DNA of 64,000 nucleotides. It comes from Alteromonadaceae bacterium. GTDB lineage: Bacteria; Pseudomonadota; Gammaproteobacteria; Enterobacterales; Alteromonadaceae. The notes under the pieces are model-generated. The model did not search any database. It worked only from the letters and a program-made list of their open reading frames with translations, and was not told where the DNA came from. Positions 20,601 to 32,600 of this stretch are shown here, piece by piece. A program made the translations under genes and the position numbers. Numbering within the stretch: the stretch's first letter is position 1; every line of letters starts with the position of its first letter. The stretch covers positions 4,247-68,246 of the forward strand of contig JABSOJ010000012.1 of assembly GCA_013216005.1 (NCBI GenBank). The letters are read 5' to 3'.

Positions 20601-23600
20601 TGTCTTGTAACATAATAGCTAAACGCGCAGGAGGCAGCTCCGGATCCATCGGTATATATGCTCCGCAAGCTTTAAGTGTGCCCCAAATAGCAACCACCAT
20701 TTCAATTGAACGTTCCATACACAAAGCGACCAAACTTTCCTCGCTGATCCCCCGCTCATTTAAATAATGAGCCAATTGGTTGGCTTTGGCATTAAGCTCA
20801 CGATAGGTCAGTGAGTCGCCATTGCAAACCAATGCAATATTGTCTGGTGTCGTTTTTACTTGATTTTCAAATTGACGATAAACACAAGCATCGCTGACAA
20901 ACGCTACCTGAGTATCATTTAAATCCACCAATAAACGAGTTTTAGCTTGATCAGATAACAACGGCATATCAGCCACTTTTTGTTGTGCATTATCAGCTAC
21001 ACTGTTGAGTAAAGTGATAAAGCTATCAGCAAAGCTGGCAATAGTATTTCGGTCAAACAAGTCAGTGGCATATTCCCATACAATTTCAAGTCCATCCTGA
21101 GTTTCCGAAATATTTAAGCTGATATCAAACTTGCTCTGGTAAGTATCTTTATCCAGAGTCGCTACATCCAAACCTTTGAGTTCAAGTGAACCGACATTTT
21201 TATCTTGCAACACCAACATAATTTGCACTAAAGGATGCTGACCCAAACTACGTTGCGGATTTAGTTTTTCTACCAGTAATTCAAATGGAATATGCTGATT
21301 TTCATAGAGCTTAAAAGTATTTTCTTTGATGCCTCCAAGCAGATCGGTAAACTCTTTTTCTCCGTCAATCTGAGCTCGTAATACCAAAGTATTTACAAAA
21401 AAACCGATCAAGGGAACCGTTTCCCTTTCTGCTCTGTTGGCAATGGGCGATCCAATCACAATATCTGATTCACCACTGTAACGAGCAATAAATACCATTA
21501 AGGTCGCTTGTAACACCATAAACATGGTTGATTCGGTATCCTGACACAATTGCACCAATTGATCGGTTGTAGCGACATCAATTTTACTCATCAATTGATC
21601 GCCACGATAACTTTGTTGCAACGGTCTAGCATGATCAAGCGGCAAGTTATGCACCAAAGGTAAATCAGCCAGTGCGTCACATAATTCAGTCATTTGCTGC
21701 TCAAACAATTCTCCGCTAAGATATTCACGCTGCCATATCGAATAATCCAGATACTGAATTGGCAATGTTGGTAAGTTAGCTTCTTGCCCCGACAATCCGG
21801 CGTTGTACAACTGACTTAACTCAAGGAATAATCTGCCCATCGAGAAACCGTCAGTGCTGATATGATGCTGGGTAAACAGCAATACATGCTCGTAATCTGC
21901 CAATTTCAGCAATTGTGCACGCAACATCAAGTCATTTTCTAAATCAAAAGGAGTAGAGCCTTCTGCTTCGATATGTTGTTTAATTGCCGTCTGTTGTTCG
22001 GCTGCATTATTGTGACAATAATCAGACACCTCAAGTTTAAACTGAACATTATCAATCACTTTTTGCATTGCTGTATCGCCTTGCATAACATAAACAGTAC
22101 GCAAAACTTCATGTCTTTGGCTAATATTCTGCAATGCTTTTTCTAGTGAATCCTGATCTAATGTACCGCTGAGCTTTATTGCCCACGACTGGTTATACGC
22201 TGAAGAATTACCTTCCATGGTGTCAATGAACCATAAACGTTGCTGAGCAAAAGACAACGGCCCCTGAGTTTCGCCTTGCACCTTGATCAAACTTTCAGGC
22301 ACGGGAACCTCGCTATTGAGACGTTGGCAAAGCAATTCATAAATAGCCTGAATAGATTCGGCACCCAGTATTTCAGCCATACTCAAAGTAACACCAAATT
22401 GCTCGTTGAACTGCGCACTGATACGTATAGCCGCCAAAGAATCACCCCCAATGCTGTAAATATTCTTGCGCATGTCGATTTCTTTAAGCCCGAACATGTC
22501 CATCAATATACGATCGAACTGTTCCTCTACCGGTAAATCGGTGTCAATACTGTCTGCAGTTTCACTGAAGAAGTCGGTCTGCAAGGCAAACTGTTCCAAC
22601 TGAATCAAAATATCAAGGTTAGTAGCACAAATAGCAACCCGCTCAAACGAACTCGACAAAACAAATTCCATGATCTGCCTGCCTTCATCATCTGAGGTAC
22701 TGTTATGCACCATATCACCGACCTGTTCACTGGTTTCCAAAGCTTCGGTAACATCCACTGCCATTCCCGAATCTTTCCAGGTGTTCCAGTTAATCACCTG
22801 CACTGTCGTATCAAGGTTTTGTGCCATGATATTGGCATAGGCATCCATAAAACGATTAGCGGCACCATAGTCTGAACGGCGTTCATGTGAATCTACTACG
22901 GTCTGCAAGGAAGACATTAATAAAACAAAGTCTAACTCCACATTTAACCTTTTTAGCGATTGCTCAAGATTTAACAAGCCGACAGACTTAGACGAAATGG
23001 TTGTGTTGTAATCACTTTGATTCAGCTCTGCAATGGGTTTGTTAGCTCCCGGCACACCGGCACTGTGGATCAAACCATCAATGTTGCCGAATTCATTTTT
23101 AACCCCGGTTAACACGCTATTGATCGACTCGCCGTTATCAATATTACAAGTTACTACTTGCAGAGTTTGGCATTGCTCTGATAATTGAATTAAACGCTGA
23201 CACAATGCAGCGTCCCGACCCTGCCCCTGTGCAATAGCAAACCATTGCTCCTGCGGGTGAAACGCCCTGCGACTTGCCAATACCAACGTAATATTCTTGT
23301 AGACCGACAATTGTTCCGCCGCAGTTTGACCCATACCGCCAAGACCACCAAAAATAACATAAACACCGCCTTCTTTAATCTTTGCAGCAGCGGTATGATA
23401 ATTTTGATCCATGCTGACTTTTTCAAACACTTCGGTATATCTGAACCTATGACGTAAGGCTATCAGTTTGGCACTGACAAAAGCCCCCATTTCACTGATG
23501 ATTTGCTTACTGATATCGAAATTTGTTACTTGGTCTTCCAATTGAACGTCAATCACCACACTGTTGATATGTTTATATTCGGCACAAGCCGATTTACTTA

Positions 23601-26600
23601 ACGCCACCACCATCGACTTGACAGGGCAGACAATTTCACTGCCGATAACTTCTTGTGCTTGTGCCGTAACAATATACAAAGACAATTTGTCGTTGCTTAA
23701 ATCTTTCACTGCCTGAAGTAAATAAACCACACTATAAAAATACAATGATTTACGTAGATCAATATTGTCAGAGCCCAAAGGTTGTTCTTCAGTATCAACA
23801 CCCCAAAAATGAAATACCATGTTGATGTCGATAGCAGATTTTTTCAATTCGTTGATTAGACGCAAATAGTCAAGAGGTTTTCGATAATCAAGTGTTATGA
23901 TCTTATTGTCTTGATTGTAGTACTGATTGGTGTAAAGAACCCTGATAACGCCGATGCCTTTTGCTTCCAGTTGTTGCGCTGTTTCTTCAGCCAGACCACT
24001 GCTGTCCATTAACATAAGGCAAGTGGCACCTTCTACGACAAAACTATTGGCTGAACGATGCAATTGAGTTAACGGTGTACGATGCCATGTGGGCGCGTAG
24101 AACCAGTCTGACAACTCCACTTTACCGCCTTTGCTGATCTGTTGGGGCACAATTTCATTAAAATCACTGTCTTCAATCCAGTAACGTTTGCGCTCGAACG
24201 GATAGGTAGGCAACCCAACAAAGCGACGATTTTCCTGCGAATATATATTGCGCCAGTTAATTACTACACCCCTTTGCCATAATTTTGCTGTAGCACTGAG
24301 CTGTAATTGCGCATCTAGCAAAGATTCTTTGACAGATCCACTCGATGGTATGACATCTTCCAAACTGGTCGGTAAAATTTGGCTGACCAGCCCTGACAAG
24401 ACTTTACCGGGTCCAACTTCAAGGTAGAGTACACTATTTTGTGAAGACGAATGTTGGCCAGACGAAGAACTCGTTAAACTGTCAGCCATGGCTTTAATTC
24501 CCTCGGCAAATTTAACCTGACAACGCAACTGGGAAACCCAGTAACCGCTGTCAATAGCCTGTTCTGGAGTGATCCATTCACCGCTGACGTTAGACATAAA
24601 GCCAATCGTCGGTACTTTAAGTTCCACCGTTTCTAACGCTTGTTGATATCTGGCTAAAATTGGTTGGGTCAGAGAAGAATGGAATGCTTTTTCTCCCCTG
24701 AGCAATTTAAAGGCAATTTCACTGTCAATCAAATGCGACTGCAACTGTTCAATATTTTCCGTATGACCTGACAATACATAACTGGTATCGGCATTGCTTG
24801 CGGCAACAGACAAGTCAAACTGTTTCGCCAGTTTTTCAACCACATCATGAGACGCGCCCAGCGACAGCATTTTTCCGGGAGCAAGCGATTGCATTAGCCT
24901 TCCGCGAATGCTGACAAGCTTCACTGCATCTTCCACTTCAAATACACCAGCCATACAGGCCGCCACATATTCACCAATACTATGACCTATCATAGCCGCA
25001 GGTTTAACACCTAAACTCAACCAGTATTGTGCCAGTGAATATTCTAAACAGAACAAAGCAGGCTGAGTATAATCTGTACGGTACAACAATGAAGGTTCGT
25101 CATCTGTTGGCTGACTGAAAATTACCTGATGAAGATCTTGATCCAAATGGCAGTTAAACAAGGTCACGCATTTGTTCACTTCATCGCGAAAAAATGCGCT
25201 ACCATGATAAAGGTTTTGTAGCATGCCGACATATTGCACCCCTTGACCAGGGAACATAAAGACAACCGCAGGTGCCCGTTCTTTGTTGTCAAATCCATGC
25301 GGTTTAAACGGCGCTTTGAGTTTTTTCACTGCACTTTGTACGCTGTCACACACAAGGTAATGTTTGTATTCAAAAGACTTACGTCCACACTGCAAAGTAT
25401 GGGCAACATCAGGCAGGTTAATGCCAGAGTCCGATGCTAATCGGTCAAGCAAATTAGCCGCCATTTGCTTGAGCGCCGCTTCAGAACGTGCAGACAATAC
25501 CAACAAATGGTCATCATAGTGACTACTGTGTATTTCCATCTGCGGTGCTTCTTCCAAGACCACATGTGCATTAGTACCACCAATGCCAAACGAACTGACT
25601 GCAGCCCGTCTGGGTTCTTCTGAGTCAGGCCAGTCAGTCAACTGCTGATTGACGTAAAATGGCGATTGCTCAATGTTTAGCTCAGGGTTAGGCGAATCAT
25701 AATTGATCATCGGCGGCAACTGTTTATTTTTCAACGCCCACACAGTTTTGATAAATCCGGCCACACCAGCGGCCGCATCCAAATGACCTATATTAGCTTT
25801 TACTGCACCAAGGGCAATTTTCCCATAACCCAGCGGCTCATCAGTCAGGCTGTCATAAGCCTTACCCAGTGCCCGTAATTCAATAGGATCACCAAGAAAC
25901 GTGCCTGTACCGTGTGTTTCAATGTAACCAATACTTAGCGGAGATATTTCACCCAAGGCCATTGCCGTAGCGATAACTTTTGCTTGTCCATCCACACTTG
26001 GCGCAGTATAACCAACTTTTGAGTCAGAGCCGTCATTATTGATGGCAGAACCTCTGATCACTGCATGAATGGTATCACCATCTTTAACCGCCTGACTCAA
26101 TGGTTTGAGCAACACCATACCTGCCCCCTTACCCACACGAGTACCGCTGGAATCGGCATCAAACGGTCGACAATGACCATCTTTTGATGTAATAAACCCT
26201 TCCATGTGCAGGTAACCTGGAGAATCCTCCGCAGAAACTGAAATTCCTCCTGCAAGAGCCATACTACATTCATTAAACTGAAGGCTTAAACAGGCCTGAT
26301 GGATTGCGACCAAAGAAGTGGAACAAGCGGTATTAAGGTTGATACTCGGACCCGACAAGTTCAGTTTATAAGACAATTGAGTTGACAAAAATGAACCAGA
26401 GGAAGCTTTGCTCGCTTCCATGCCATCAATGGCATTGGCACCAGACTTGGTATTAAATATTTTGGTCATCCAACCAACATTATCACTCTTACCCACAAAT
26501 ACACCCACATGATCCAAATTTAATTCAACCGGATAACCTGAAACTTCCAGAGCTTCATAGGCACATTCAAGTAAAATACGGTGTTGAGGATCAGTGATCT

Positions 26601-29600
26601 GCGCCTCTTTCGCGTTAAAACCAAAAATCCCCGCATCAAAATCAGCCATGCCGTCGTAAGGCGCTCTGCTTTTAACGTATGAAGGGTTATCAATCATAAC
26701 CTTGGGAACACCCAGCTCAGCCAACAGCTCGTCGTTAAGAGTTTCGATTGACTCGTCACCGGCCTTTATTTGTTGCCAGAATTCTTCAACTGTATCGGTA
26801 TTACCCATACGCCCGGACACACCAATGACGGCTATAGGTTTATATCGAACATCGCTGTTGCTGCTCCTTAACCTGTGTTCTTCAACCAGCACCTGTCCGA
26901 TGTCTGAATCCTGAGACATAAATTCAACCAACTGGGCAATAGTCGGATAGTTGAACAAGTCAACAATAGAAATATCCACTCCCAGTTCACTGATAATATT
27001 TTCTCTGATCCGTACAGCCAACAGTGAATTACCACCTAAATCAAAAAAATTGTCATAAATACTGACCCGTTCAACCTTGAGGATATCCTGCCACAGCCCT
27101 GACAATTGTTCTTCCAGACCAAAACGTGGGGCGGTGTATTGCAGACGTGTTGTTTGAGCACTGCCGAGACTGTGAAGTGCCTTGCGATCAATTTTACCGT
27201 TATGGTTAAGTGGCAGTGAATCAAGAATATAAATATGCGAAGGCATCATGTAAGCAGGTAGCTCTGTTTTCAAATAATCACGGATTTTACCTTTTTGCTC
27301 ATCTTCCTCAGCTGTGTTATCAAGCAAATCCAGATAAGCCACCAGACGGTTATCGTATTCACCATGTTTTTGCAGTAATACCGCACACTGGTTAACCGCT
27401 GCATTGCCATTGATAGCCGCTTCAACATCACCTAACTCAATTCTGAAACCACGTACCTTAACCTGATTATCTACCCGACCAATAAAGTCGAGATTGCCAT
27501 CAGCTAACCAGCGCACTATATCACCGGTACGGTAAAGTCTGGAATTGCCAGGGGCATCAAAGGGGTTAGCAACAAATTTTTCCTGAGTCATCTTGGGCAA
27601 ATTCAGGTAACTTCTCGCTAAACCTTTACCGCCAACAAACAGTTCTCCTGCTGATCCTGGGGGCACCAAACGCAGTTTTTCATCGAGTACATAACATTGT
27701 ACATTCCCAATTGGACGACCGATATTAACCGTTTCACCGTCGCACTCGCTGACAGAAATACAAACAGTATTTTCAGTTGGACCATAGGCATTAAACAAAC
27801 GTCTGTTTTGTGACCATTTAGCAGCCAAATCTTCAGAAATAGCTTCACCAGCCACAACCATGGTATGTATACTGCTCATCGCCTGTGAATCTAAGCCAAC
27901 CAGCAATGCTGGTGGCAATGTTGCATGGGTGATCCCGTGTTGCTGAACATAATCCGTCAATAAAGTCGGCGATATCACAGTTTCAGCTGTAATAACGTGC
28001 AAAGCTGCGCCTTGCATTAATGTCATCACCAACTCCCATGTTGCCGCATCAAAACCAAGCGAAGCAAATTGCAATACCTGACTTGAACCGTCAACACCAA
28101 ACAATTCTTGCTGACGAGTGGCTAAATTCACCAGAGACGTATGTTCAAGCAATACACCTTTAGGTTTACCGGTTGAACCCGAGGTATAAATAACGTAAGC
28201 CAGACTGTGAGCATGAGCACCATTTTCTTCACGACCAACATTGTCAGTTGAATAGGGCTCAAGGTTAAAATCTTCGTCATCAAGACAAATAACCTGACCA
28301 GCACTTTCTGGTAAAACATCCACCAACGCATTTTGAGTCAAAATAAGTTTGGCACCACTGTCATCAATAATATGTACCTTGCGTGCCAACGGGTATATCG
28401 GATCAAGTGGCACATACGCCCCGCCCGCTTTCATTATAGCCAATACAGCAATAATCATTTGTACCGAACGTTCAAAATGTACAACCACCAATGATTGAGT
28501 GGTGACACCTTGTGTCATCAGAAATTTGGCCAATTGATTAGCCTGATTATTCAGTTCACGATAGCTGAGCTGAGTATCTTCAAACAACACCGCAACATTA
28601 TCCGGAGTTTGTGTAACCTGAACCTCAAACAATTCAGGCACAGTTATTTGGTCATCAAGATCACACTGGGTATTATTAAACTCGATGACTAACTTTTGCT
28701 CTTCATTTGACGTTAACAAAGGCAATTGACTGACTTGTTTAACGTTACTGTCAACAAAACCTGACAACACAACCGTTAAATGAGTCATAACCTGCTCAGC
28801 CATCTCTGCATCAAAAACACTATCAAGATAGTTCAGGGCAAAGGTTAGCTCTTTAGCCGGAGCGACCAGTAAACTCAATTCAAAATGGGCCTGTGCATCA
28901 GCATCAAATTTAACAATTTCAATCTGAGTAGAATCATCATGTTCCCCCAAATCCGGTGCGCTATCGATTGGAAAGTTTTCAAATACCATTGCAATATTAA
29001 ACATTGGCGAACTGGCCGAAATCTGACTGCACTGCTGAATATCAACCAATGGTAAATAACTAAATTTGTCTCGTTTTACTTGCTGAGCATGCAGATTCTG
29101 AAGGAATTCTCTTAATGGCAAATCATGATCAAAGCTGATACAAGCTGGCAATGTTTTGATAAACAAACCAACCATTTGGTCGGCACCTTTTACGCCGATA
29201 TCCCGACCTGACAAGGTTTCACCAAAGACCACATGCTGCTCTCCGCTGTATCTATGCAGCAAATACCCCCAAGCTCCTTGTATCAATGTGTTGAGAGTGA
29301 TTTGGTAATTATTCGCAATTTTTTGTAGATCACTGGTCAGCTGCTCACTGATCGCCAGTTTGAATTCCTGAATATGACCTATCGTTGGTGCGTTAACCGG
29401 AGCCGGTACAGTCAACCGGGTTGGTCTTTCCAGCTTACCTAACTCATCCTGCCAAAATGTTTTAGCTTCAGGCACAGGCTGTTCAAGCGTCCATTGAATA
29501 TAATCACGGTATGGTGGCAACGCAGCAAAAACAGGATTTTGTGATTTGGTAAAACTTTGGTAAGCAGAAAAAACTTCACCAAACAATATCGGCTGTGACC

Positions 29601-32600
29601 AACCGTCCATCAAGGTATGGTGATGAGTCCATAAAAAGCGGAAGTCTTTATCGGTGAGTCTGAAAATAGCAAACCGCATCAAACCGGGTTTAGCAAAATC
29701 AAAACCTTTGTGTTTGTCATCATAACGGTAAGCTTCAAATTCTTCATGGGCACTTTGTTCAGATTTTTCACGCCAATCTAATTCCACCCAATCTAAATCA
29801 ATATCATCAACAACCAATTGCAGCGGTAACTCACGCTGCATACCGACAAAGGCGGTTCTCAAAATACTGTGACGTAAACTGGCATAGTGCCATGCCCGTC
29901 TGAACGCAGACAGGTCAAGCTCTCCACGTAAGTCGAGAAAGGTTTGGTTTACGTAAGCATCTTTTTGGTCATTGAGCAAATTATGGAAAATTAAACCCGA
30001 CTGCATACTTGAGGTCGGGTATACATCTTCAAGCAGTGGATAATCGTTCTGTAAGTCAACCAATTCACTATTTTGCAATTGAGCCAACGGGAAGTCTGCC
30101 GGTGTATAAGCACCAGTCTGTGGAGCCATACAATGTTTAATAATATCTTCAAGTGCAGTTTGAACCGCTTCACCAAGCTGTTCTATCTGGCTCTGATCAA
30201 ATTGATGACGGTTGTAATTGAAAGTAATATTAAGTTCACCACCGGTTACCATCGAGTTAATGTCCAGCACATGACTACGTTTACGCTGTTGGTTGATGTC
30301 TTGCCCGGTTGATTCGGTAGAACCCTGAAACAACGCATCTTCACCCACCTGTTGGTCAAATTGCCCTAGGTAATTGAAAACTATATCACCGGGATGATCC
30401 TGCTGAGCTTCAATAATATCCTGATCCTGACTCAGGTAGGTCAAAATGCCGTAACCTATGCCATTTTTAGGGATTTTCCTGACACTTTCTTTGATATTGC
30501 AGATCACGTCACAGATCTGCTCATCCAGCGTTAACGTACTATCTGTGTCCATGTTTGCGCTAATGTCTAACAGCAAGGGATATACGCAGGTAAACCAACC
30601 CATGGTTTGTGACAAATTAATACCTTCAATTATTTCTTCCCGACCATGACCTTCCATCGTCAACCGTAACTCGGTCTGTCCGTTCCAACGGTTTAACGCC
30701 AGCATTAGCCCACTCAGCAAAAGTTCATTAATTTGTGTTCGGTAGGCTTCGTGACACTTACCCAATAAATGAGTCGTCAATGATGCATTCAATTTTGTAT
30801 GTACATCTGACGACTGCGCATAACTATTGTCTTGTATTTGCGCTAATGATGCCGACATGGTCTGTACATCAGCGCTCAGTTGCGACATCCAGTAGGATTT
30901 TTCTGATAATAACGCTTCACTTTGACTGTATTCCTGTAATTCTCTGCCCCATGCTTGATAGGCACTGGTTTTACTCGGCAACTTAACTGCTTTTCCGGCT
31001 TTGAAGAGGTTAAATGCACTGGTTAAATCTTCAAACAGAATACGCCAACTAACACCATCAACAACCAAATGGTGAATAACAAACATCAAACGACACTGTT
31101 CTGCTTGCGATGATTTAAGATAAACGGCTTTGATCAACGGACCATTTTCAATATCAAAACCACTTTTAATGCGCTCGCCAATAACCTCTAAATTCTCTTC
31201 ATAGCTTTTACCGTTATGTTCTGGGATGTCGATTTGAGAAACGCTGTCATTTATCTGATGATCAGAAACATCCTGATAATGTGATTGCCATTGACCTTCA
31301 ATTTTGGCATAACGCAGCCTCAGTACATCATGACGGCGATACATTTGTGGCAACACAGCACGTAAAAATTCCAGCGTAAATCCTTCAGGCACGGTCAAAA
31401 TAGCTGACTGGTGGAAATGATTCAGCTCACCGTCATCACTATGCAAAAATGAATCCTGAATGGGCAATAACAGCTGCTGACCATTACTGGCCTGTTGTGA
31501 AAAGTCATTCTGTTTGGCACTAGCACACAGGGCTAGTTTTTGAATTGTCTGAGATTTAAAAATGTCACGGGTATTAATTTCAATTCTCTGTCTGTTAGCC
31601 TTTGAAACCACTTGAATAGACAAAATAGAATCACCACCCGAAGCAAAAAAGTTATCACTGATACCCACTTGTTTAATACGTAAAACATCTTGCCAAATTT
31701 CACATAATGCAGTCTCAATATTATTAGTCGGTGCAACGTATTTATCTTTGAACTGATTATCATAATCAGGAACTGGCAAAGCCTTCCTGTCAATCTTGCC
31801 GTTTGGTGTCAATGGCATTTCATCAAGTAACGAGAAAATTGTTGGCACCATGTAATCCGGCAATTTAGCTTGCAGATAGTCCCTAACCAATTCAATGGCG
31901 TCATCCTCAACAGCCGCCTCTTCTGTCAATACCAGATAAGCCACCAAACGTTTGTCACCTGGCTCATCTTCACGAACCAATACCGCACTGTCTTTCACAT
32001 GATCACTTGATTGCAGTATCACCGACAGCTCATCTAATTCGATGCGGAATCCCCTGACCTTAACCTGATTGTCTACCCGACCAACAAATTCAATATTGCC
32101 ATCGTTGAGCAAACGTACTGTATCCCCTGACTTGTAGAGAATTTTGGCATTACTGTCTTCATAGGGATTAACAATAAACTTTTCAGCAGTTAGATCTGAA
32201 CGGTTAAGGTAACCCAGTGCCACACCAGCACCACCAATATGTAATTCACCCACACTGCCGACAGGCACCAATTCGAGTTTTTTGTCCAGCACATAACAAA
32301 CATGATTTGACAAAGGTTTTCCGATGGGAGCAGAGGCAAAGGTTTCAAAGGTTTCACGATCAAATCGGTAAGAGGTGGCATAGGTGGTACATTCCGTCGG
32401 ACCATAAACGTGGATCAGATTTTTCGGCGGACTTCCCATCAATACAGTTTCAATAGCTTTCAAGGAATGTGCTTCACCGCCAAACAATAGTTTGTTCAAC
32501 GTTGAGAAAGCATCAGGTTGATCTTCTGCCACCCGATTAAACAAAGCCGTAGTCACAAACAAAACGGAAATCTGGTGGTTTACAATTTGTGCCTTGAGTT

